Below are positions 1 to 7,939 of a stretch of DNA of 64,000 bases, in pieces. The position numbers and the translations under genes are program-made. Source of the DNA: Gammaproteobacteria bacterium (GTDB lineage Bacteria > Pseudomonadota > Gammaproteobacteria > Ga0077536); assembly GCA_016191285.1 (NCBI GenBank), contig JACPPA010000057.1, forward strand, positions 977 through 64,976, in the 5' to 3' direction. The stretch's first letter is position 1. Every line of letters starts with the position of its first letter. The notes under the pieces were generated by a model, which did not search any database, was not told where the DNA came from, and saw nothing but the letters and a program-made list of their open reading frames with translations.

Positions 1-1
1 C

Positions 2-694
2 GTGCGTCTCGCGGCGGGGGCTGGGTATGCCGTCGTTTTCAGTTATCTCAAGGCACGTGAGGTCGCGGAGGCACTCTGCGCCGAGATCAGGGACGCCGGT
101 GGCGCCGCGTGTGCGATTCAAGCCGATGTCGCCCTGGAAGCGGACGTCGTTCGACTATTCGAAACCGCGGATCGTGAAGTCGGCAAGCTCACCGCCTTGG
201 TCAACAACGCTGGCGTGGCCGAACGCCAGCGCCGTTGCGAGGAGATGAGTGCCGCGCGTCTCAGCCGTGTGTTCGCGACCAATGTCATCGGCAGCTTTTT
301 GTGCGCGCGCGAAGCAGTGAAGCGCATGTCGACGCGTCATGGCGGTCAGGGCGGCGGCATCGTCAATGTGTCGTCGGCCGCGTCACGGCTTGGGTCACCC
401 GGTGAGTTCGTCGACTACGCGGCATCGAAAGGCGCGATCGATACGTTTACCATCGGCCTCGCCAAGGAAGTCGCTGGCGAAGGGATCCGCGTCAACGCGG
501 TGCGGCCCGGGGTTATCTACACGGACATTCATGCGAGTTATGGCGAGCCAGGACGGGTCGATCGCGTCAAGGATAGCGTCCCGATGCGCCGCGGTGGTGA
601 CGCCGAGGAGGTCGCGAAGGCGATTTTATGGTTGCTCTCTGACGACGCGTCGTATTCAACCGGCGCGTTCATCGACGTTTCCGGCGGAAGGTAA
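2..694 (+). CDS. SDR family short-chain dehydrogenase/reductase (5' end runs off window)
   Basis: ORF 2..694; SDR-type sequence (LVNNAGV, PG..YT..H catalytic region); 2 bp upstream of the Rieske dioxygenase alpha gene. Confidence 0.85.
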   Translation: MRLAAGAGYAVVFSYLKAREVAEALCAEIRDAGGAACAIQADVALEADVVRLFETADREVGKLTALVNNAGVAERQRRCEEMSAARLSRVFATNVIGSFLCAREAVKRMSTRHGGQGGGIVNVSSAASRLGSPGEFVDYAASKGAIDTFTIGLAKEVAGEGIRVNAVRPGVIYTDIHASYGEPGRVDRVKDSVPMRRGGDAEEVAKAILWLLSDDASYSTGAFIDVSGGR

Positions 695-696
695 AC

Positions 697-1953
697 ATGA
701 ATGCGCCGACGCAACCGAATTGGGCGCATTTGGTTCGCGCCGATCACGTACACGGATCGCTCTATACCGATCCCACAATCTTTCACGCCGAGCTTGAGAA
801 GATCTGGTATCGCACCTGGGTGTATGTCGGCCACGTGAGCGAAGTGCCGAAGGCGAACGATTTCGTCATGAAGTCGATCGGTCCACAAGCCGTGCTGATG
901 ACGCGCGACAAAGCGGGCGCGATTTACCTTTTGCAAAACCGTTGTAGCCATCGTGGCAATCAGGTTTGTCAGCAACAAAAAGGCAACACCGCGACGTTCA
1001 CTTGCCCTTATCACGGCTGGGCTTTCGCCAACACCGGCGAGTTGCGCGGCTACCCATTCCCCGCCGGCTACGCTGGGGTAGACAGGCGCGAACTCGGCTT
1101 GGGGCGAGTTCCGCGACTCAGCGTTTATAGAGGTTTTGTGTTCGGTTCCTTTGCGCCTGACGGACCGACACTAGAAGAACACCTCGGCGGCGCGCGTGAG
1201 GCGATCGATCGCTTGGTGCGCACGTCACCAGCGGGCGAGATCGAGATCACCGCCGGCTTTCTCAAGCATCAAACACGCGCCAACTGGAAATTCCTCGTCG
1301 AAAACGAAACCGACGGCTATCACCCGCAATTCGTACACCGGTCGATCTTCAGCGTGGCGAAAAGCGGTATCGGCGATCTCTACAGCGATGCGTCGAGCGC
1401 CGTGGCGCGCGATCTCGGCGGCGGTCATTCAGAGAATGATCTACGTCCGGAATTCCGCCGCCTCGACGCGCCGCTTGGGTGGTTCGGCACCACGGCCGAC
1501 CGGCTGCCAGACTACGTCGCCAAAATGAATACGGCTTACGGCGCCGAGGACGCGCGCAAGATCCTCGTCGATGGCACGCCACACACGATGATTTTCCCCA
1601 ATCTCTTCATCGCCGAGATTCAACTATTCGTGCTCCAGCCGTTGGCCGTGGATGAAACCGTGCAACACGTCACGGCGCTGCAATTCAAGGGCGCGCCTGA
1701 TCTGAACCGTCGCCTGCGCCAACAGACCATGGGCTCGGTCGGCCCGGCGGGCTTGCTGCTCGCCGACGACGCCGAGATGTACGAGCGCACCCAACGCGGG
1801 GTGCAAACGCGTGAGCCGCCTTTTCTATTTCTTGGTCGTGGGCGTCATCGTGAACGGCGCGATCCCGAGGGCTTTCTGATCGGCGATGCCACCGATGAAG
1901 TGCCGGCGCGTGGCATGTGGCGCCACTATCGGGCGTTGATGGAAGCCGAGTGA
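697..1953 (+). CDS. Rieske non-heme iron ring-hydroxylating dioxygenase, alpha (large) subunit
   Basis: Rieske motif CSHRG...CPYHGW; NWK..ENE.DGYH catalytic-domain region; stop overlaps the beta start (TGATG). Confidence 0.9.
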   Translation: MNAPTQPNWAHLVRADHVHGSLYTDPTIFHAELEKIWYRTWVYVGHVSEVPKANDFVMKSIGPQAVLMTRDKAGAIYLLQNRCSHRGNQVCQQQKGNTATFTCPYHGWAFANTGELRGYPFPAGYAGVDRRELGLGRVPRLSVYRGFVFGSFAPDGPTLEEHLGGAREAIDRLVRTSPAGEIEITAGFLKHQTRANWKFLVENETDGYHPQFVHRSIFSVAKSGIGDLYSDASSAVARDLGGGHSENDLRPEFRRLDAPLGWFGTTADRLPDYVAKMNTAYGAEDARKILVDGTPHTMIFPNLFIAEIQLFVLQPLAVDETVQHVTALQFKGAPDLNRRLRQQTMGSVGPAGLLLADDAEMYERTQRGVQTREPPFLFLGRGRHRERRDPEGFLIGDATDEVPARGMWRHYRALMEAE

Positions 1954-2444
1954 TGGCATCGATGACGGTGAATAGCGAACTGCTGCGCGAGATTGAGCAG
2001 TTTCTGTATCGCGAGGCGCGCCTGGCTGATGATCACGACTACGATGCGTGGGAGGCGTTGTGGACCTCTGACGGCGTCTATTGGATCCCCGCGAACGGTG
2101 ATGACGGCGATCCCGAACAGGTGATGTCGATCGTCTACGACAATCGTTCGCGAATCGCGCTCCGCATCAAGCAGCTAAACACGGGTAAACGCCACAGCCA
2201 GAATCCACGCTCCAGGCTGCGGCGCATGATCTCCAACGTCGAACTTCTTTCGAGTGCAGAAGACGAACTCCACGTGACAGCCAACGTGTGCGTGTTTGAA
2301 TCCAATGCGCGCGGGGACATCACGTAGGCATCACGCAATGAGTATCGTCTGCGCCGGATCGGTGGCGAACTTCATATGGCTTACAAAAAGGTTGCGCTCG
2401 TCAATAATGACAAGGCCCTGTATTCGCTATCCTTTCTGATTTGA
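1953..2444 (+). pseudogene. Ring-hydroxylating dioxygenase beta (small) subunit interrupted by an in-frame TAG at 2325-2327. Reading through gives 163 aa ending ...RLRRIGGELHMAYKKVALVNNDKALYSLSFLI.
   Basis: ATG at 1953 overlaps the alpha stop; SnoaL/NTF2-like beta-subunit N-terminus (EQFLYREARLADDHDYDAWEALWTSDGVYWIP); the frame stays open for 38 codons after the TAG to a TGA at 2442-2444, and total length matches typical beta subunits. Confidence 0.7.
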
Positions 2445-2458
2445 TAGGGGTTGTTATT

Positions 2459-2492
2459 GTGGGAGCCGCTTTGAGCTTCGAATCTTCGAAGC
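2459..2492. repeat. Partial copy (one arm) of the GTGGGAGCCGCTTT... REP-like palindromic element
   Basis: gtgggagccgctttgagcttcgaatcttcgaagc; the same variant arm recurs at 52028-52052. Confidence 0.6.
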
Positions 2493-2584
2493 ACGAGCGC
2501 GCGCAAAGATTCGATGTCACTGCGAGCGCCCCATACACCCCGCTTCGGGACCGCAACCTATCCAAGACGAGCGAGACCTCTCGT

Positions 2585-2608
2585 CCCCTCGCCCCGCGCG
2601 GGAGCGGG
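2585..2608. terminator. GC-rich hairpin (cccctcgCCCCGCGCGGGAGCGGg) between convergent genes; the identical 16-mer recurs after eutC
   Basis: Inverted repeat with palindromic CCCGCGCGGG core; sits between the beta-subunit end and the convergent DUF1840 gene. Confidence 0.35.
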
Positions 2609-2657
2609 TTAGGGTTAGGGAGAAAGATTGCTTCGTCGAGGATTGATTTGATGACTG

Positions 2658-2966
2658 CTATTTATCCCACATGACATAGGATTCTGCCGTGATGGCGTTA
2701 GTCAGCATGGCGATTAAAGGCGCCGCGCGTTGATGTAAGCTGACCTTCGGTTCGTTCTCGTCATCGTCATCGACTGCGGTCCCTGCTGCACGCGGAGGCG
2801 CAGTCTCTAGCGCTTGTCGCAAGCGGGCGAGTGCCGCGGGGACGTCCTCGGCCGCGAGCGCTCCGGGAATGCCGCCGCCATGACCCATGAGTTTGATCAA
2901 TTGCGTGGCCACGTCACCGAACATCGTAAAAGCAGCCGAATTCTTGCTTTGGAAGCTTACCAACAT
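2658..2966 (-). CDS. DUF1840 domain protein
   Basis: Internal ATG at 2966 gives MLVSFQSKNSAAFTMFGDVATQLIKLMGH..., the typical DUF1840 N-terminus; the longer ORF-track start at 3131 is judged a spurious extension. Confidence 0.7.
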   Translation of the reverse strand: MLVSFQSKNSAAFTMFGDVATQLIKLMGHGGGIPGALAAEDVPAALARLRQALETAPPRAAGTAVDDDDENEPKVSLHQRAAPLIAMLTNAITAESYVMWDK

Positions 2967-3204
2967 GGGACGATTCTCCGTTTCCAAATAGCCGTGGCGC
3001 GGCCGATATCTGGGTGATCGGGCGCACCGATCGGTCGCCATTCCGATATTATCCGCCCGCGTTCTTAACCGCACTATTGATCTGGCCTTTGTGTGGCGTG
3101 GGGCAAACGCTAGCCGCCGAGCTCGAACCACAGGGTTAGCGGTGCGCTCAGCGCGATCGAATCACGGTACACTCACCAAAAATGCTTGGGAAAAAGGCGA
3201 TTGA

Positions 3205-3765
3205 ATGAATACTGAGAAAATCTCCCGTCTGGTGCGCGAACTCCTGATCGAATTAAATGAAGATCCCGAGCGCGAAGGTCTGCAAAAAACTCCGCAGCGA
3301 GTCGCGAAGGCGCTTGAGTTTTTGACTTCGGGCTATCGCACCGATCCGGTCAAATTGATCAACGGCGCGGTGTTCGAGCAGAAGACCAACAGCATGGTCA
3401 TCGTCAAGAACATCGAGGTCTACAGCCTGTGCGAACACCACATGTTGCCGTTCTTCGGACGCTGCCATATCGGTTATTTGCCCAGTGGACGCGTGTTTGG
3501 CGTGAGCAAGCTCGCGCGATTGGTCGATATGTACTCCCGCCGCTTGCAGCTGCAGGAGCGCCTGACCGAGCAGATCTCGCAGGCGCTGATGGACTCGATC
3601 GACGCCACGGGAGTTGGCGTGCTGATTGAGGCCCAGCATCTGTGCATGATGATGCGCGGCGTCGCGAAGCAGAACTCGGTGATGATCACGTCCTCGGTGG
3701 TCGGCACGTTCCGTGATTCGGCCACCACCCGCGAGGAATTCCATGCGTTGATCGGAACGCGCTAG
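3205..3765 (+). CDS. folE: GTP cyclohydrolase I
   Basis: 186 aa; conserved CEHHMLPFFGRCHIGYLP...GVSKLARLVDMYSRRLQLQERLT. Confidence 0.92.
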   Translation: MNTEKISRLVRELLIELNEDPEREGLQKTPQRVAKALEFLTSGYRTDPVKLINGAVFEQKTNSMVIVKNIEVYSLCEHHMLPFFGRCHIGYLPSGRVFGVSKLARLVDMYSRRLQLQERLTEQISQALMDSIDATGVGVLIEAQHLCMMMRGVAKQNSVMITSSVVGTFRDSATTREEFHALIGTR

Positions 3766-3863
3766 TCTTGTCCCGTTGTCCTTCTTTCGCCGTCGTTGTA
3801 AGCCCGGCGAAGCAATCTTTCCCCCTCTCTCCTTGCGGGAGGGCCGGGGTGAGGGGGTGTGGA

Positions 3864-4952
3864 ATGGAAATTCAACTGGCATTGCGCTGGCAAATAGGCA
3901 GCAACCCGGTCGAAGAATTACCGGCGGACCTCGTTCGACTGCTGGACGGCGTTGAACGCGGCGGCAATCTGCAATTTGCCGCCCGTGAGACCAGGATCTC
4001 TTACCGCCATGCGTGGGGTCTGGTCAAACATTGGGAACAGCGCTTCGGATGCGGTCTCGTGACGCTGGAACGCGGTCGTGGTTCGAACCTAACCCCGGCG
4101 GGCGAATTACTGCGCGCGGCATGGCATAAGACGCAAGACCGTACCGCGGTCATGTTGGCGGAAGCTGCCGCGCAAGCGGCACGGCAATTGGAAGCGATGG
4201 CGCACGAACCTGGGGTTGCGTCGCTTGTTCTCGCGGCGAGTCATGGTTTTGGCCTGACCACGCTGGTTACGTTGCTGCGCGCGTCGAAGGTCATGCCAGA
4301 GCTGCAAATCGTCGGCAGCGAAGAAGCGCTTAAGCGCTATGCGGCAGCGCAGGCCCAGGTCGCCGGTTTTCATTTGCCGCAGGGGCCGCACGGTAAGAAA
4401 CTGTGGGCGCGCTTTCAACGCTATCTCGACGCACGGCGCGACATGCTGCTGTTAGTCGAAACGCGCGAGCTTGGATTCATGGCCAAGCGTGGGACGCCGC
4501 GCCTGGCCGTTGAAGACATCGCCGCGAAGCAACTGCGATTTCTAAATCGCCAAGCGGGGTCCGGGAGCCGTCTGGTGTTCGATTTGTTGCTGGCGGATGC
4601 CGGAATTAAACCGGCGCGGATCGCCGGCTATCACAACGAAGAGTACACGCACAATGCAGTGGCGGCGGTAATCGCAGGCGGTGCGGCCGATGTTGGTTTT
4701 GGGGCTCGCACGGCCGCCGAGCAATTTGGTCTGACGTTTTGGCCCGAGGTCACAGAGAAATATTTACTGGCGGTGGCGCGCGAGGCGCTGCCGCGCAAAC
4801 CATTTTCGGCGTTGCCGCGTTTATTGGCGGGGGCGGCGTATAAGCGACTCTTGGCCGGCATCCCCGGCAGCGACAGCCGGGCCGCGGGTAAGGCGATCGA
4901 ACTCAAACAGGTCGCGGCACTTATCAACGCCAACTTGCCACGCACTCAGTAA
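3864..4952 (+). CDS. Winged-HTH (ModE N-terminal/LysR-like) transcriptional regulator with a C-terminal periplasmic-binding-protein-like domain
   Basis: ATG at 3864 (MEIQLALRWQIG...ETRISYRHAWGLVKHWEQRFG...LTPAGELL) matches ModE-type N-terminal HTH; ~270-aa PBP-like C-terminal region; start chosen over upstream alternate start at 3768. Confidence 0.55.
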   Translation: MEIQLALRWQIGSNPVEELPADLVRLLDGVERGGNLQFAARETRISYRHAWGLVKHWEQRFGCGLVTLERGRGSNLTPAGELLRAAWHKTQDRTAVMLAEAAAQAARQLEAMAHEPGVASLVLAASHGFGLTTLVTLLRASKVMPELQIVGSEEALKRYAAAQAQVAGFHLPQGPHGKKLWARFQRYLDARRDMLLLVETRELGFMAKRGTPRLAVEDIAAKQLRFLNRQAGSGSRLVFDLLLADAGIKPARIAGYHNEEYTHNAVAAVIAGGAADVGFGARTAAEQFGLTFWPEVTEKYLLAVAREALPRKPFSALPRLLAGAAYKRLLAGIPGSDSRAAGKAIELKQVAALINANLPRTQ

Positions 4953-4963
4953 ATTGACGATCC

Positions 4964-6115
4964 TCATGAGGTCCCGAATTCCCGCTGCCGCCGCCGCGAG
5001 ATAATGTGATTCATGATTTCCGCGGTGCCATCGCCAATTTCGAGCCCCATAACATCGCGCAGGCGTTGCTGATGCTTGGTCGCGAGGTCGTAACCCGCGT
5101 GTCCGTGCAGCAATAGGCATTTGTGGATGGCCTCGAAGGCGCTGAGCGGCGCCAGGCGTTTGCCCATCGCCGCTTCCACCGTGTGCGGCAAACCGGCATC
5201 GCGCAGCCGCAACGTGTGATAACAAAGCTGACGTGCGGCTTCAACATTGGTCTCATGTTCGGCGAGCGCGAAACTCACGCCTTGGAAAGAACTCAACGGC
5301 GCGCCGAAGGCTTCGCGCTGATGGACGTAGTCCCAGGTCTCATCGAGCGAGGCTTGAGCGGCCGCGAGACATTGCAGGCCAATCAGCGCGCGCGAGTAGT
5401 CAAAGCCCTGCATGACTTGCCCAAAGCCCTCACCTTCCGCACCAAGCCGGCGTGTCACCGGCACGCGAACACTATCAAAAAATAGTGAGCCACGTCCTGA
5501 CGCGCGTCCACCGACGCTAGAGAGGCGCGTGGTACTGATACCGGGGGCGTTGGCATCCACCAGGAACGCACTGACACCACGCGCGCCAGACTGCGGTTCG
5601 CCGGTCCGCGCGAACACCACAAAGCCGTCCGCTTGATCGACTAAGGTAATCGAAGTTTTCTCGCCGTCGAGTACGTAATCATTACCATCCCGGCGCGCGC
5701 GCAACACCAAGTGTGCCGCGTCCGAGCCGCCGCGCGGTTCCGTGAGCGCAAGTCCCACCACGGCTTCACCGCGACACATCCGCGGCAACCATTCAGCCGC
5801 GAGCGCCGGGGTCGCGTGATCGACCAAAATGGCGCCACACAGCGACGCGATGATCTGCACATAGCCGATATTGATGTCGGCATACGCCACCGCTTCGACC
5901 AGCAGGCCTGCCGTTTCTCCCGAAAGGCCGAGACCACCGTAGGCCACTGGCAATTCGGAGCCTAAGAGACCCAGGTCGCCGAGTTCACGCACCAACGCGC
6001 GTTCGAATGATCCCTCAACCTCGCGAGTCTGGTATCCCTGCGCCAAGCGTTCGCGCGCAAAGTGTTGCGCGGCTTCATACACACTGCGCTGCTCGTCGCT
6101 TAAGACTCGATTCAT
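4964..6115 (-). CDS. Acyl-CoA dehydrogenase family protein
   Basis: 383 aa; ACAD N-terminal, middle and C-terminal pattern (…GSELPVAYGGLGLS…, …IYEGTSEIQ-like C-terminus). Confidence 0.88.
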   Translation of the reverse strand: MNRVLSDEQRSVYEAAQHFARERLAQGYQTREVEGSFERALVRELGDLGLLGSELPVAYGGLGLSGETAGLLVEAVAYADINIGYVQIIASLCGAILVDHATPALAAEWLPRMCRGEAVVGLALTEPRGGSDAAHLVLRARRDGNDYVLDGEKTSITLVDQADGFVVFARTGEPQSGARGVSAFLVDANAPGISTTRLSSVGGRASGRGSLFFDSVRVPVTRRLGAEGEGFGQVMQGFDYSRALIGLQCLAAAQASLDETWDYVHQREAFGAPLSSFQGVSFALAEHETNVEAARQLCYHTLRLRDAGLPHTVEAAMGKRLAPLSAFEAIHKCLLLHGHAGYDLATKHQQRLRDVMGLEIGDGTAEIMNHIISRRRQREFGTS

Positions 6116-6136
6116 GGCTAACTCCTGAGAAAAGAA

Positions 6137-6904
6137 TCAGGCGGCGGACATGCCGCCGTCGATGGGAAAGGTGGTGCCGGTGCAGTAACTGCTCTCGTCG
6201 CTCGCCAAGAACAACACTAACTGGGCAACCTCTTCCGGCGTGCCGTAGCGGCGCAGTGGCACGCCGGCCGCGATTCGTGCCTTGGCCTTGTCTGGTGCGC
6301 CGGGCGCGTAGCCTGCTTCAATGGCCGCGATCATGCGGGTGGCGATGGGCGACGGATTGATGGTATTCACGCGAATATTGAGCGGTGCGCATTCGAGCGC
6401 CGCCGAACGCATGATGCCAACCACGGCATGTTTAGCTGCGATGTACGGCGCCATTTTCGGCATGCCTTTGAGGCCGCCGAGTGACGAGGTGATGATAATG
6501 CTGCCGCCGCCGGTTTTCGTCATCGCTGGGATCACGGCCTGCATGCCGAGCCACACCCCGCGCACGTTAACCGCCATCACACGGTCGAACATGGCGAGGG
6601 GATAGTCGACGATTGAATGTACGCTGCCTTCAATTCCGGCGTTGTTGAAAAACACATCGATCCGGCCATGGCGATCAAGCGCGGCTTTCACGTACGCGTT
6701 GACCTGTGGTGGGTCACTAACGTCGGCCACCACCGCACTCGCGTGGCTTTCGCCCAGTTCAGCGACCGCCGCGGCCAGTGCGTCCTGCTGGACATCGACG
6801 AGCAACACCTTGGCGCCCTCGGCTTTGAATAGACGTGCGGTGGCGAGCCCTATCCCTGCTGCACCACCGGTGATGATGGCAATCTTACCGGTCAGTCTGG
6901 CCAT
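6137..6904 (-). CDS. SDR family oxidoreductase
   Basis: TGGAAGIG glycine motif, NNAG, S...YxxxK catalytic set. Confidence 0.9.
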   Translation of the reverse strand: MARLTGKIAIITGGAAGIGLATARLFKAEGAKVLLVDVQQDALAAAVAELGESHASAVVADVSDPPQVNAYVKAALDRHGRIDVFFNNAGIEGSVHSIVDYPLAMFDRVMAVNVRGVWLGMQAVIPAMTKTGGGSIIITSSLGGLKGMPKMAPYIAAKHAVVGIMRSAALECAPLNIRVNTINPSPIATRMIAAIEAGYAPGAPDKAKARIAAGVPLRRYGTPEEVAQLVLFLASDESSYCTGTTFPIDGGMSAA

Positions 6905-6988
6905 AGGCTTCGCTCCGAATTTCTATATTGAAGTGGGTGGATTGTAATCAATCCTTTCCACCCACCGCTAAGGAGAGCGCGAGTCGGC

Positions 6989-7547
6989 TTGGCAATCCCT
7001 CGCACCGAGCCGCACCCAATCTTACGACGGGTGCACTGTCCGGCGCCCCGCCGAATAATCGACTGGCGGTTCCGACGATTCCTTCACGCCACTTGCCCGC
7101 CGGAGGAGCGCGAGTGGCTGGAACAGAAATACCCAGGCTGGAACGCGACGTGGGGCAAGGTGTGGGATGAGGCTACGAACAACTTGCTCGCCGGTCGGGA
7201 GGAGCTGACGCTCGCCAATACGCTGCCGTTGATCTGCAACCTGTGTCAGCTGCCGATCGTGCAGACGCCGGGCGAGTCGTGGAAACCCGAGGATCACATG
7301 TTAGTGTACGCGGGGCGGCGCTATTACTTTCAGTCGCATGTCGACAAGTGGGTGTTCCAGCAGAATCCGCGGCGTTACGGTGAGCACAAGTCGCTGGTCG
7401 ATCGCGCGGCGGCCGGCGAAGTGCAGCCGCCGACGTTCGAGGGTGCGCTCAACTACATGGGGCTCGCTCGGCCCTCACGAGCGCGATTACGACGCCAACA
7501 ATTACGCGTGGCTCGAGAGTTTTCGACGCAAGCTGCGCGCGGCCTAA
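6989..7547 (+). pseudogene. Fragment homologous to the C-terminal (YHS-like) ~150 residues of a soluble di-iron monooxygenase alpha subunit; frameshifted near 7455
   Basis: EEREWLEQKYPGW..GKVW, LPLICNLCQLPIV and HMLVYAGRRYYFQSHVDKWVFQQNPRRY parallel the intact alpha (25804-27327) at ERDFDWFEKKYPGW..GKFW, LPTLCRVCHMPGV and RLIDGRKHAFCSAACEHIFREEPHRY; homology continues in frame 0 (PHERDYDANNYAWLESFRRKLRAA* versus PHLDDHRRWTLDDIRALKIE); no N-terminal catalytic domain upstream. Confidence 0.5.
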
Positions 7548-7939
7548 GCCAGCGCGACCTACGAAGGGTGAATAGATCGCTGGTCGCGAAACCCGCACTC
7601 GACGAGTGTGTGGCCCGCCAATTCGGCCGTGCCGCACGCGCCCACCAAGACACCCTGACCGCGATCTTGACCGACGCGCACTTGAAAGACGTGGAACGCG
7701 CACGGCGCTGGACCACGGCGTTCGTCCACTACGGGTTGTCGCAAGCTGAGAACGTGGCAGTGGTCGCAGAGTGGGTCGCACGCTGGCAACCGTTGGCCGA
7801 TCGCGCCATCGACGCCTGGTGTGCCGGACACGGCGGCCGCCGCGCGCGAGGATCGGTTGTTGCAGTGCCGCGTGCACAACGCGTTGTGAGGTAATTCACG
7901 GGCGATTATGCTCGCCGGATCCCGATAGATCGCGCCGCC

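Noticed and set aside
7560-7894. Downstream half of ORF 6989-7894 (…AILTDAHLKDVERARRWTTAFVHYGLSQAENVAVVAEWVARWQPLADRAIDAW…), a possible separate small gene
   Set aside because: Protein-like composition, but no recognisable family and no good start or SD. It lies inside the decayed region in the same frame as the fragment upstream, so real coding cannot be separated from a read-through artefact without homology search.
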